Positions 10,739 to 20,904 of a stretch of 64,000 bases of DNA are shown here, one piece after another (position 1 is the first letter of the stretch; the number at the start of each line of letters is the position of its first letter). Position numbers and translations under genes: made by a program. Source of the stretch: Candidatus Bathyarchaeota archaeon. Lineage in GTDB: Archaea; Thermoproteota; Bathyarchaeia; Bathyarchaeales; Bathycorpusculaceae. The stretch is taken from assembly GCA_963775685.1 (NCBI GenBank), contig CAVZJV010000001.1, forward strand, positions 44,945 through 108,944. The letters are read 5' to 3'. A model generated the notes under the pieces. That model made no database searches and was not told the origin of the DNA. It saw nothing but the letters and a program-made list of their open reading frames with translations.

Positions 10739-11617
10739 TTGAAATTTGGAATAATGACAAGGAATCCAGAGGCATGGAGCAGCACTCAGGTTCGAGAAGC
10801 GCTAACCAAACGAGCCATCCGGTACGAATGTTTCACTTTTCCACGCCTCGTGGCACGTCTCGCTTACAGACCTTACTTTAAAGTTAACGGCACTAGCATA
10901 CTGGACGAGTTAGATGCTTTGATTATTCGTCCGATTGGACGTGGCTCACTAGAGGAACTAGTTTTTCGTATGGATATGTTATACAAGCTGGAACGTCAAG
11001 GCTTCTACATGGTAAATCCACCCACAGCCATCGAGCACTGCGTCGACAAATATGACATCTTGGCGCTTCTGGAGGACATTGGCGTTCCTGTACCTCGCAC
11101 CTTAGCCACCGAAAGCGTAAATGAAGCCATAAAAGCATTCCATGAACTAGGCGGCGACATAGTCGTCAAACCCATATTTGGCTCACGCGGAAAAGGAGCC
11201 ACCCGGGTAAACGACATAGACATCGCCGACACAGTCTTTAAAGCCATAACCTTCCACCATGGCGTAATCTATATGCAAGAATTTGTTCCTCATGGAACTT
11301 CAGACATACGCGCCTTTGTTATCGGCAACCAGGTTGTTGCCTCAATGCGAAGAGTTGCTACAGGATGGAAAACCAACTACAGCCAAGGAGCCAAACCTGC
11401 TCCTGCAAAAATCAGTAAAGAATTTGGAGAAATAGCCATAAAATCCGCTAAAGCTGTGGGCTGCAAAATCGCCGGGGTGGACATTCTTGAGGGCCCAGAT
11501 GGACCACGCATTGTGGATGTGAATAGTCAGCCGGGTTGGAAAGGCTTGCAGGTAGTTGCGAAAGTTAACATCGCCGAAGAAATAGTCAACTTTGTGCTAA
11601 AAGAACTCAAAAAGTAA
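10739..11617 (+). CDS. RimK-family ATP-grasp alpha-L-glutamate ligase (MptN/CofF-like)
   Basis: VVKPIFGSRGKG, YMQEFV, DIRAFVIG, WKTNYSQG and DVNSQPG motifs. Confidence 0.88.
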   Translation: MKFGIMTRNPEAWSSTQVREALTKRAIRYECFTFPRLVARLAYRPYFKVNGTSILDELDALIIRPIGRGSLEELVFRMDMLYKLERQGFYMVNPPTAIEHCVDKYDILALLEDIGVPVPRTLATESVNEAIKAFHELGGDIVVKPIFGSRGKGATRVNDIDIADTVFKAITFHHGVIYMQEFVPHGTSDIRAFVIGNQVVASMRRVATGWKTNYSQGAKPAPAKISKEFGEIAIKSAKAVGCKIAGVDILEGPDGPRIVDVNSQPGWKGLQVVAKVNIAEEIVNFVLKELKK

Positions 11618-12616
11618 CTATTTTCCAGAAAGAATTCGTGTGTAGGGGTCGTCAGCTATCTGGGGGAACGGCGCTTCTTTTCCTTTCTTAATTAGAATCC
11701 GTTCTGTATTCTCTGTGAATTCACCCAAAAAATAAGCCGAAAGCTCATTCTTCCTTAATGCGGCTTTCACTTTTTCTTGCGCTTCAGGCTTCACGGCTGC
11801 CAAAATCGTTCCCGTCGAAGACAAAGCCAGCATTTGGTCATCGGTGAGGTTGAAATGGTTTTTTAGCTCATAAACTTCCTTTGAAACTGGAACTTTATCC
11901 AAATCCACCCTAAACCCAACTTTTGACGCCAAAGCCAACTCGTTTAGCGCCGCCACAAACCCACCTTCCGTTGCATCATGCATCGCATGCACTCCCTCAA
12001 TCTCGATGAGTTGGAGAGCTTCTTTTACGCAACTTTGCAAGTAGACCAGTTTTTCGAGCGCGCCTTGTTCGTCAACACCAAAGAGCGCCTGGGCTTTTTC
12101 CTTGTGGTTGAGCGAGAAGTTGGTGATTGTTTCTAAACCAAGCGGCTTAGTGCACAAGATCAAGTCATCTGACTTAGCGTTTCCCGGCGTAATCAACTTC
12201 GTGGGTTCTAAGGTTCCGTAAACGGTGCAGACTCCGAGCGGTTCTTTGAGGCTACCGTACATACCTGTGTGCCCGCGGACGATGGCTATCCCTAATTCGT
12301 CGGCAGCGCTGCAGGTTTGTTTCATGATCTTTTGGAAGACTTCAGCTTTGGTTCCTATCGGTCCAAGAAGGTTAATGGTGCAAAATTCAGGTTTAGCCCC
12401 AAATAGCGCCACATCGGAGGCGGCATAATTAATCATTAGCCACCCAAACCAGTTTTCAGAAACCCCCGTGCATGGGTCCGTTGCAACCGCCACGTACTTG
12501 CCATGTAAAAGGTGAACCCCTGCATCATACCCAATCATAGGTGGGATGATAACTCGGAAATCTTTTTTTATGCAATTTAGCATTTTCTCTAAGTCTTTGC
12601 CGGCTAGTTTTCCCAT
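11618..12616 (-). CDS. AIR-synthase/PurM-fold protein (ThiL/HypE-like)
   Basis: GYDAGV, ATDP, NYAASDVALFGA, RGHT and MHDATEGG motifs; overlaps the thiT stop codon (TAATG). Confidence 0.8.
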   Translation of the reverse strand: MGKLAGKDLEKMLNCIKKDFRVIIPPMIGYDAGVHLLHGKYVAVATDPCTGVSENWFGWLMINYAASDVALFGAKPEFCTINLLGPIGTKAEVFQKIMKQTCSAADELGIAIVRGHTGMYGSLKEPLGVCTVYGTLEPTKLITPGNAKSDDLILCTKPLGLETITNFSLNHKEKAQALFGVDEQGALEKLVYLQSCVKEALQLIEIEGVHAMHDATEGGFVAALNELALASKVGFRVDLDKVPVSKEVYELKNHFNLTDDQMLALSSTGTILAAVKPEAQEKVKAALRKNELSAYFLGEFTENTERILIKKGKEAPFPQIADDPYTRILSGK

Positions 12617-13152
12617 TACATGTATGCCTTCAACACATTGCTCTTATGTAGTAAGTAGATAAAGAAAACGCTAATTATCAACTCGGGCAGCATGTAACTT
12701 CCGTTGTAGATTGTTGAGTAAACCCAAGGATTCATTCCTGGAGGAGCGTAGCTTGCAAAGAAGAGTGCTCCTGAAATCAGATGCATAATAAATCTGCCTG
12801 TTATTGCAACAACCACGCCTACTAATGCATATTTCTTGAAGAAACCCGCTAACCCCAAGCAACCGAATGCTAAGGGGTAATCCAGCAAAATTTGAGTTGG
12901 GTAATATATTTGGGGCATAATCGCCAACTGCACCAACCCATAGATGACGCCTGTAAAGATGCCGATTTTTGGTCCTCTGCGCAGAGCCAGCCAAAGCATG
13001 GGCACCATTGAGCCTGCAGTAACGGATCCACCTTCTGGAAAAACGACGAATGTAATAAGACTCAAGGCTGTGCTTAAGGCTGTAAAAATTGCTATTTCTG
13101 CGAGGATTTGAGTTCTGGGTTCAATTTTAGGTTTAGATGTATTGTGGTTCAT
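12616..13152 (-). CDS. thiT: energy-coupling-factor thiamine transporter S component
   Basis: PEGGSVT, LRRGPKIG, QILLDYPLAF, HLISGALFF and YSTIYNGSY motifs; true start is ATG 13152 directly after the riboswitch. Confidence 0.9.
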   Translation of the reverse strand: MNHNTSKPKIEPRTQILAEIAIFTALSTALSLITFVVFPEGGSVTAGSMVPMLWLALRRGPKIGIFTGVIYGLVQLAIMPQIYYPTQILLDYPLAFGCLGLAGFFKKYALVGVVVAITGRFIMHLISGALFFASYAPPGMNPWVYSTIYNGSYMLPELIISVFFIYLLHKSNVLKAYM

Positions 13153-13156
13153 TTGT

Positions 13157-13250
13157 TTTCCCTCCGCCAGTATTACCTGGTTCAGGTTCCTAAGGGTCGA
13201 CAGCAAACAGCCGTCCTCTCAGCCAGGTCATTTTCCCAGCTCCCCAAGAA
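13157..13250 (-). promoter_or_regulatory. TPP (thi-box) riboswitch
   Basis: minus strand reads GGGGAGCTGGG..CTGGCTGAGAGGACGGC..GTCGACCCTTAGGAACCTGAACCAGGTAATACTGGCGGAGGGAA, with all conserved TPP aptamer segments, 5 nt upstream of the thiT ATG. Confidence 0.93.
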
Positions 13251-13305
13251 CTATTGGGTAATGTTGCTTTGACTCATATTAGTTTTGCTAATAATTGCAC
13301 TTTGT

Positions 13306-14112
13306 TTATTTGTTTTGAGTCGTGTCTTTTATTTTCATTTTATTCTTGTATGCAAAGATTGCTGCAATCGCCGAACCGGTTACGAAAACGGCGGCTATTA
13401 AGACTATTGAACTATTGTCCAAGCTTATTGATTGACCATTTTCGGTTTGTGGTTGAAGTGTTTGAGTGGGCTTAGAGTCGTTTGCGGGAGGAACAATTTG
13501 GTTTGTCGTGGAGTTATCAGGAATAGGTTGGGAAGTAGATTGCGTTTGTTTGGGAGTCATTGTGGGTGTAGGAAGTGCCTGTGTGTTTTCAAGGAGGTTT
13601 GTTATTAGATCGGCTCGCCCCCCCGATCCCGAGGCGGCGGCCGGTGAATCAACTTCATTGTCGCCCATAGTTATGGAAACTATTTGAGCAATCCAAGATG
13701 CGCCGTTAACTCCTGGAAGGACCAAACGTAGCCCAGTTACTGGATCCCCGTCTTTTTGATAAGCTATAATCGTTTCTTGCGTCATAGCCAATTGAATGGG
13801 TATTGTGACCATGTAAGAGTCTGAAGCTGTAAATTGGATTGATTTTACTTCAGAGCTAACGTTTGCCTGTGTTAATATATAGCTGAGTTGCACTCCAGTC
13901 CAATCTCCACTGGCTACAAGGCTGCCATAACAGTAGAGTTCAGCATATAGAGTGGTTTGGGGCATTTCTGTAATTTGTTGATAAGTTAAGTTGTAGGTAT
14001 CGTGTGATAGGTTTATTACTTCGATTGTGCTGTCGGCAATTGTTGTGGGTATGATGGTCATTAGCAGTACTGCCATAATTACCAATATTGGGATATATTG
14101 AACTTTCATCAT
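13306..14112 (-). CDS. secreted, membrane-anchored molybdopterin-binding (sulfite oxidase/MsrP-like) domain protein
   Basis: signal peptide, LYCYG, GDWTGVQL, F.ASDSY, GLRLVLPG..W; T/P/Q linker and C-terminal TM helix. Confidence 0.7.
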   Translation of the reverse strand: MMKVQYIPILVIMAVLLMTIIPTTIADSTIEVINLSHDTYNLTYQQITEMPQTTLYAELYCYGSLVASGDWTGVQLSYILTQANVSSEVKSIQFTASDSYMVTIPIQLAMTQETIIAYQKDGDPVTGLRLVLPGVNGASWIAQIVSITMGDNEVDSPAAASGSGGRADLITNLLENTQALPTPTMTPKQTQSTSQPIPDNSTTNQIVPPANDSKPTQTLQPQTENGQSISLDNSSIVLIAAVFVTGSAIAAIFAYKNKMKIKDTTQNK

Positions 14113-14419
14113 CGTTCCATCCACATATGCAATTATATGACATGTGTCATACTCTTAAAGTCTTCTCCAAAAACAGTAAGCTAAAGCCATTAACCTGTAA
14201 GAATACACATTACAGAAAACGACCCAAAGAAACTATTCAATTGACTTCAGTCAAACAGCCGAAAAAAATAATTACCTCAAGAGGCTTGTTGCTTTTAAAA
14301 GATTTAGTGTTCTATAGCATGCTGTTGTTGCCAAAAAACCTCATATCACAACAACCAAACAAAATGCAGACAAAAAGCTCAAAAACACCTTGAGCAATCT
14401 ACATTTAAATTAGATGTTG

Positions 14420-15525
14420 TAGTCCCCAAAACCCGCTTGATCTACTTAGATAACCTCAAAGTGTTCCTAATCATTCTTGTAATCCTAGTTCACTTAACGA
14501 TAACTTACGGGCCTCCAACAGGCTTATGGCACTATCACGAAGGCACAGTAAGCATGCCAGAGGGCTTACTATACGTGTTTTTCCAAGTAATCTGCCAAGC
14601 GTTCTTTATGGGACTATTGTTCCTGCTCTCGGGCTATTTCACCCCTGCATCCTACGACCGTAAAGGACAAGGACTATACATTGTGGATCGTCTATTGAGA
14701 CTTGGAATCCCAATCTGAGCTTCATTTTCTTCATCGACCCCTTGATGCAGTTTGCGCTTAACGGCTTCCAAGGGTCGCTTCTAGGCTTCTTTGCTGCAAA
14801 CCCTCTCGCAGGATTGGGATTTGGACCTCTGTGGTTTGTTGAGGCGTTGCTTTTCTTTGCCATAGCATTCATGGCTTGGCGAAGCCTCGCACTTAAACCT
14901 GCCAAAGCATATGGCACTCCAAAAAATCACGTCATCTTGCTCTTTGGCTTAATGCTCGGCGCAGTAACGTTTGTTACTAGACTTGTTTTTCCGGTTGGCT
15001 ATGTTTTTGATTTACTCAACTTCCAGCTTCCCTTCTTTCCACAGTACATTGCATTGTTTGTAGTTGGGATAATAGGTTACAGAAACAATTGGATTCAAAG
15101 TATACTGAAAAGTACAGGCAGTTTTTGGGTTAGGGTCGCCATTTTGCTTTTGGCGTTATTGCCAATCATAATAATTGTCGGTGGCTCCAATGGCTACTTC
15201 AACCCCTTTTACGGCGGAATGTTTTGGCAGCCGGCGGCTTATGCATTTTGGGAACAACTCTTCTGCGTCGCAGTGGTTGTTGGTTTAACGGTGTTTTTCC
15301 GAGAAAGACTGAACACCCAAAATCGGTTCACCAAAGCACTCTCTGATAGCTCATACACCGCATACATACTGCAAGCGCCCATACTCATCTATCTAGCTCT
15401 GGCATTGAAAAACATCCAGATGCCGCTTGCTAAAATTCGAGGTTGTAAGCCCCGTTGCTGTAGCGCTCTGTTTTCTGGTTGCTTTCTTGATTAGAAAAAT
15501 TCCCAAAGTAGACAAAGTCCTTTAA
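14420..15525 (+). pseudogene. acyltransferase-3 (OpgC/MdoC-like) membrane protein, two frameshifts
   Basis: RLIYLDNLK, FFMGLLFLLSGYF, RLLRLGIP, GPLWFV and SYTAY motifs across frames. Confidence 0.75.
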
Positions 15526-15596
15526 TCCCAGCTTGAGCGTAACACTTAAACAGTCAATAGACCTTACCAGATGAAAAGTTACGGAGTCAACTAATC

Positions 15597-18080
15597 ATGC
15601 AACCTATGCCTAAGGAATACAATTTTTCTGAAATTGAGCGGAAATGGCAGATCAAATGGGAAGAAATCGGCATCTACCACTACGACTGGAATGACAAAGA
15701 GCGCCTTCCTTTCAGCATTGACACGCCGCCGCCTTACCCGTCGGGCGAGTTGCACATGGGCAATGTTTTAAACTGGACCTATTTTGATATGGTTGCCCGC
15801 TTCAAACGCATGCAAGGCTTCAACGTGCTGTTCCCGCAGGGTTGGGACTGCCATGGATTAGGCATAGAAATTCAAGTGGAAAAAGCCAAAAACATCCGCA
15901 AACGTGATGTCCCACCTGATCAGTTTCGCTCATGGTGCATCGAACTGGTCGAAAAATACATCGTCATGATGAAAGAAGGCATCCTTAAGATGGGAGCTAG
16001 CATCGATTGGACCACCGAATACAAAACGATGAACCCGGACTATTGGCGCCGCACACAACTGAGCTTTGTTTTGCTGCACAAGAAAGGTTACATGTACCGG
16101 GGCACACATCCGGTGAATTGGTGTACCAGAGACGAAACTGCCATCGCCGACGCTGAAGTTGACCATGTAAAGAAAGAGGGGGTCCTCCATTACATTCGTT
16201 TTAACCTTGAAGGAAGTAGCGAATACCTGCTCATCGCGACGTCACGTCCTGAATTCATACCTGCATGCGTCGCAGTGGAAGTTAACCCCAAAGACGAACG
16301 CTACAACAAGTACATTAATAGAAAAATCTCTGTGCCGCTGATGAACCGTGAAGTGACAGTTATCGCTGAGGAATCAGTTGATCCATGCTTTGGTACGGGG
16401 GTTGTCCAGATTTGCACGTACGGCGATAAAGAAGACGTGAAGACAGTCATAAAACATAAACTCCCAGTCATTCGACTTTTAAAGGAAAATGGGCAAATCA
16501 GCGAGGCAGGCTGCAAATACGCAGGGTTATACGTTAACCAAGCACGCGCAGCTATCGTCGCAGACTTAGCAACCGCTGGATTGCTGGAAAAATCGGAGAA
16601 GATCCAGCATGAAGTCGGAGTTTGTGACCGCTGCAAAGCCCAAGTCGAAATCCTCGAGGTTAAACAGTGGTTCATGAAAACCATGCCTCTCTCCGAAGCA
16701 ATAGAGAAGAACGCTAACGAAATCCCCTGGTACCCCGACTACATGAAAAACCGCCTCATCGATTGGACCCGCGCCCTGGATTGGGATTGGGTGGTTAGCC
16801 GCCAACGCTTATTCGCCACGCCGATTCCGGTGTGGTACTGCAAGAGCTGCGGCGAAGTCCTTGTTGCCCTGGAAAGCTGGGTGCCAATTGATCCCCGAAT
16901 GGAAAAACCTAAAGTTGAGGCGTGCCCTAGGTGCGGCGGAACCGACTTTGCAGGCGAAACCGATGTGCTCGACACATGGATGGATTCGTCAATTACCTGT
17001 GCTGTCCATGCTGGTTGGCCTGACCGGGCTGACTGGAAGCACCTGTTCCCCGCAAGCATGCATCCCTCAGGCACAGATATCATCCGAACATGGGCATACT
17101 ACCTCATGGTACGTCACCTCGCACTTTTCGATGAGCGCCCATTCAACAGTGTCCTGATAAACGGCATGGTACTTGGCGCTGACGGCAGAAAAATGAGTAA
17201 ATCCCTGAAGAACTATGTTGCAGCACCTGAAGTACTCAACAAAAGCGGCGCAGACGCAACTCGGCAGTGGGCAGCTGGCGGAGGCGCAACAGGTTCAGAT
17301 ATTCCTTTCCGCGCCCAAGACGTTGAATACGGCAGACGCTTCCTAGTTAAGCTCTGGAACGTTACAGGGTTCGCAAGCAACCTACTTGCGGACTACAACC
17401 CAAAAGCCAACGCTGAAGTGGAACTGCAACTGCTCGACAAATGGATCCTTAGCAAAACTGAGAACATAATAAAGAAAATTACTGACGCATTTGAGAAATG
17501 CCAATTCAACATCGCCGTTGAAGACATACGCAACTTCACCTGGCACGTGTTCTGCGACTACTACATTGAATCGGTAAAAGACCGACTTTACCGTCAAGAA
17601 CCCGAAAGTTCAGCGAAAAGACGAGCCGCACAGCAGACCTTATACAACGTTTTATACAAGATTCTGCAGCTACTAGCTCCGATAACTCCCCACTTAACTG
17701 AAGAAATCTACCAAAACATGTACGCTGAAGACAAAGGATTTAAAAGCTTACAGATTACATCCTGGCCAAAAATAGACAACGCTCTTGTCGATAAAACTGT
17801 TGAAGAGGAAGGGGATAAAGTCATGGCTTTAATTGAGGATGTGCGAAGAAAGAAAGCTGCACAAAAATTGGCGCTAAATACTCCAATTTTATCTCTTGAA
17901 GTCTATACTGGAAGTCAAACAAGTGCTGACATAATTATTTCAAGCAAAGAAGATATCGCCGGCACTCTCAAAGTTGTAGGTGATTTCAACGTTGTTACCA
18001 AAGCCGGTCAAGGACAAGAAGTGCCGATGTTTCCGGGAGTAATTCCCGTCGCTGTCTTTGGGGCGGTAACTAAAAAATGA
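15597..18080 (+). CDS. valS: valyl-tRNA synthetase (archaeal type)
   Basis: DTPPPYPSGELHMGN (HIGH-like), DWVVSRQR, DTWMDSS and KMSKS. Confidence 0.96.
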   Translation: MQPMPKEYNFSEIERKWQIKWEEIGIYHYDWNDKERLPFSIDTPPPYPSGELHMGNVLNWTYFDMVARFKRMQGFNVLFPQGWDCHGLGIEIQVEKAKNIRKRDVPPDQFRSWCIELVEKYIVMMKEGILKMGASIDWTTEYKTMNPDYWRRTQLSFVLLHKKGYMYRGTHPVNWCTRDETAIADAEVDHVKKEGVLHYIRFNLEGSSEYLLIATSRPEFIPACVAVEVNPKDERYNKYINRKISVPLMNREVTVIAEESVDPCFGTGVVQICTYGDKEDVKTVIKHKLPVIRLLKENGQISEAGCKYAGLYVNQARAAIVADLATAGLLEKSEKIQHEVGVCDRCKAQVEILEVKQWFMKTMPLSEAIEKNANEIPWYPDYMKNRLIDWTRALDWDWVVSRQRLFATPIPVWYCKSCGEVLVALESWVPIDPRMEKPKVEACPRCGGTDFAGETDVLDTWMDSSITCAVHAGWPDRADWKHLFPASMHPSGTDIIRTWAYYLMVRHLALFDERPFNSVLINGMVLGADGRKMSKSLKNYVAAPEVLNKSGADATRQWAAGGGATGSDIPFRAQDVEYGRRFLVKLWNVTGFASNLLADYNPKANAEVELQLLDKWILSKTENIIKKITDAFEKCQFNIAVEDIRNFTWHVFCDYYIESVKDRLYRQEPESSAKRRAAQQTLYNVLYKILQLLAPITPHLTEEIYQNMYAEDKGFKSLQITSWPKIDNALVDKTVEEEGDKVMALIEDVRRKKAAQKLALNTPILSLEVYTGSQTSADIIISSKEDIAGTLKVVGDFNVVTKAGQGQEVPMFPGVIPVAVFGAVTKK

Positions 18081-18811
18081 AACGTGTTGGGTTGATTGGT
18101 TGCGGTGCAATTGGAACAGTCTTAGCTGAATCTATGGAGCGCAAGATAGTTGTTTGTGATGAACTTGTCATTTTTGATGTGGACGGGGCAAAAGCACAAA
18201 AACTCAAAGACCGATTAAAATTCCCTGTAAAAATCATGGCAAACGTGGATGAGTTGCTTGCGTCTAAGCCGTCAATAGTTGTTGAGGCAGCATCCCAGCA
18301 AGCCGTGCGAGAATACTACAACAAAATTTTAGCAGCAAATGTTGACTTCATCGTTATGAGTACAGGCGCTCTTTTGGATTTAAACACAAATACTCCTCGC
18401 CTTCATTTTCCCTCAGGCGCCATCGGAGGCTTAGACGCACTCTCTCCTGCCGCTTTAGCAGGAATCAGCGAGGTCACGTTGACCAGCCGCAAACCCCCTA
18501 AAGCGCTGGGAAAAACCAACAGCCAAGAAGAGACCATCTACGAGGGCTACGCAGAGCAAGCTACAAGACAGTTCCCACGCGAAATGAACGTAGCAGCAAC
18601 ATTAGCGTTAACCGTTAAACCTGCCAAAGTAAAAGTCAAAGTCGTCTCCGACCCCGCCGTCACACGCAACACCCACCAAATCCACGCAAAATGGCGCTAC
18701 GGAGAAATAAACCTCCAATTCGCCAACGACCCCCACCCTGACAACCCCCACACCAGTGCCCTCGCGGCCTGGTCAGTCATAAACCTACTAAAATCACAAC
18801 TAGAAAAATAG
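18077..18811 (+). CDS. nadX: L-aspartate dehydrogenase
   Basis: GCGAIG, VEAAS, MSTGAL, SGAIGGLD and NPHTSALAA motifs. Confidence 0.88.
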   Translation: MKRVGLIGCGAIGTVLAESMERKIVVCDELVIFDVDGAKAQKLKDRLKFPVKIMANVDELLASKPSIVVEAASQQAVREYYNKILAANVDFIVMSTGALLDLNTNTPRLHFPSGAIGGLDALSPAALAGISEVTLTSRKPPKALGKTNSQEETIYEGYAEQATRQFPREMNVAATLALTVKPAKVKVKVVSDPAVTRNTHQIHAKWRYGEINLQFANDPHPDNPHTSALAAWSVINLLKSQLEK

Positions 18812-19050
18812 CAACACCAAAAGCGTGGATACTTAGGGAAGCGACTGAATAAAGCAATACCCCGTTAAATCATATCTCAAGGTTTACGATCAAACACAAA
18901 TATAAGAAGCTGTTTTGCTGTGTTTCGTTTGTTTGGTAGATTGCTTATTTGGGGTGTTTGGTTGGGGGTTGGTAGGGCTGCCAGCGCCTGGGCGGCTGAG
19001 GGTTAAAAAATTGAAATAAACAAAAAGAAAGAAGAAGAATACAGTTTATT

Positions 19051-20904
19051 TTATTCAGTTGTGGTGTTTTCTTCGTTTTCGTCTGCTTGGTGGGTTTGGT
19101 CGCTGTCTTCGTCCGTTGTCAATTCTGAATGCGCCTGCTGAGGCGCTTCTGAAGGGTGGGCTGGACTGTGGGCCTCCTCCACCATGGAAACGGGTTCGAT
19201 TGCTGGCTCTTCTAGAACTTTTTCAAGGGTTGTTTCAACTGGAGCTTGCTCTGTTACCTCGAAGGATTGGAGTGGAGCTTCTACTTCAGGCTGTTCCTGG
19301 GCTGCTTCTGCAACTACATCTGTTGGGTCTACTATTTCTTCTGAAGCTTCAATGTTGATTGCGGGATTTTCTTTGATATCGATGGTTGGTTGCTCAACTG
19401 GGGCTACCTCTTCAACTATATCGGCTGGAGCTTCTTCAACGATTTCAGCAGCTTCTTCTACTGGTGATTCGATTACTGGAGCTTCTGTGATTGGTTCTTC
19501 GACTGCTGGCTCTGCAATTACAGCTTCGTTTATTATTTCAGTTGCTTCTGGCTCAGCAGAAACTATCGGAGCTTCTTCCATGGGGGCTACTTCAATAATT
19601 GAGGTTGCTTCAACCGATGCTACGATTGCTGGAGATTCTTCGGCTGGAGTCTCAACTGCCGGAGCCTCAACGATTGGGGCTTCTTCAATTGAGGCGACTT
19701 CAATGGTTGGTTGCTCAACTAGAGCTACCTCTTCAACCATTTCGGCTGGAGCTTCTTCAACGATTGCTGCAGCCTCTTCAATTGGGGCAGTTTCAACTGG
19801 ACCTTGTTCCATTGTGACAATCTCTACTGGAGTGGCTTCTTCAATAACTGGCTCTGCTTCTGCAACAACTTCAACCGCTGGGGCTTCCTCAACTATTGCG
19901 GGAGCAATTTCGACTAGTGTGTTTTCCATGGGGGCTGCTTCGAGGGGGGCTTCTTCAATTGGAGCTTGCTCGATTGGAGATGCTTCTTCGACCATTGCGG
20001 GAGCGACTTCTTCTGGAGCTTGCTCGACTATGGCTGCTTCTTCAATTATTTGGGCTGGAGCTTCTTCAACGATTGCAGTAGCTTCTTCTACTGGAGTTTC
20101 AATTACTAGAGTTTCTGCAACTGACTTTTCGACTGTTGGAGCGTCTATCGTTGGCGCCTCGGTTGGGATTTCAACCGCGGGAGCCTCAACAACTGGAGCT
20201 TCCTCAACAATTGGTGTACTCTCGATTATTGGAGCGGTTTCGACTTGGGCTTCGATGGTGGCTTGCTCAACTTGAACTTCCACTGGGGCCTCTAAAGGGA
20301 CCGCCATCTCAACTGGGGCTGTCTCAGCTACTGGAGCTTCAGCTGGGGCAGTTTCGATTGGCGCTGCTTCAACTGGGCAAGTTTCTATAATTGGAGCTGA
20401 CTCAACAAGTGTAGCTTCCAATGGGACCTCTAAAGGGGCCGCTTCTACCGCCGTCGGTTGAACTGCTGGAGCTTCCATTATTGGAGCTGGTTCTGGAGCT
20501 TGAATTGGTTGAGCGCTATGAAAAAGTTGGTCTGTTGCCTGTTTGATTACACCGAGTTCGTTTCTTGTTGTTTCAAGAGTGTTTGAGAGCAGACTTATTT
20601 CTCGTGCGTAGCTTTCCTCGTCTATTTCTCCGACTACATGTTGAATTTCGTAGTTAGCGAGAAGGGTTTCTAAGGTTTTTAATTGGCTTTCTAGTTCGAG
20701 GGTTTTCGCCTGCATTTTTTCGCCGAGTTCTTGGCGTTGTTTTTCGATTTCGGCTATTGCTGCGGTTATGTCGCCTGTGAATGAGTCGCGTGTGGCTTGT
20801 GAGATTTTGCCTGACATAAAGAGGTTGTCTAAGGCATGCTTCTTTTTGTTGGCTATTTCGTATTCTTCATTTAATCGTTTAAAGGTATATTTCCATGAAA
20901 TCAC
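19051..20904 (-). CDS. CdvA-like coiled-coil protein with a long acidic E/A/P/V/I repeat tail
   Basis: KKKHALDNLFMSGKISQAT and ANYEIQHVVGEIDEESY resemble the CdvA coiled-coil domain; about 470 aa low-complexity tail; GTG start at 20904 with GGTG upstream. Confidence 0.7.
   Translation of the reverse strand: MISWKYTFKRLNEEYEIANKKKHALDNLFMSGKISQATRDSFTGDITAAIAEIEKQRQELGEKMQAKTLELESQLKTLETLLANYEIQHVVGEIDEESYAREISLLSNTLETTRNELGVIKQATDQLFHSAQPIQAPEPAPIMEAPAVQPTAVEAAPLEVPLEATLVESAPIIETCPVEAAPIETAPAEAPVAETAPVEMAVPLEAPVEVQVEQATIEAQVETAPIIESTPIVEEAPVVEAPAVEIPTEAPTIDAPTVEKSVAETLVIETPVEEATAIVEEAPAQIIEEAAIVEQAPEEVAPAMVEEASPIEQAPIEEAPLEAAPMENTLVEIAPAIVEEAPAVEVVAEAEPVIEEATPVEIVTMEQGPVETAPIEEAAAIVEEAPAEMVEEVALVEQPTIEVASIEEAPIVEAPAVETPAEESPAIVASVEATSIIEVAPMEEAPIVSAEPEATEIINEAVIAEPAVEEPITEAPVIESPVEEAAEIVEEAPADIVEEVAPVEQPTIDIKENPAINIEASEEIVDPTDVVAEAAQEQPEVEAPLQSFEVTEQAPVETTLEKVLEEPAIEPVSMVEEAHSPAHPSEAPQQAHSELTTDEDSDQTHQADENEENTTTE

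Noticed and set aside
13153-13206. N-terminal extension of ThiT in the ORF track
   Set aside because: It is the riboswitch aptamer; ATG 13152 has the SD.
19184-20275. 363-aa S/T/G/A-rich ORF on the plus strand
   Set aside because: Antisense shadow of the repetitive CdvA-like gene.
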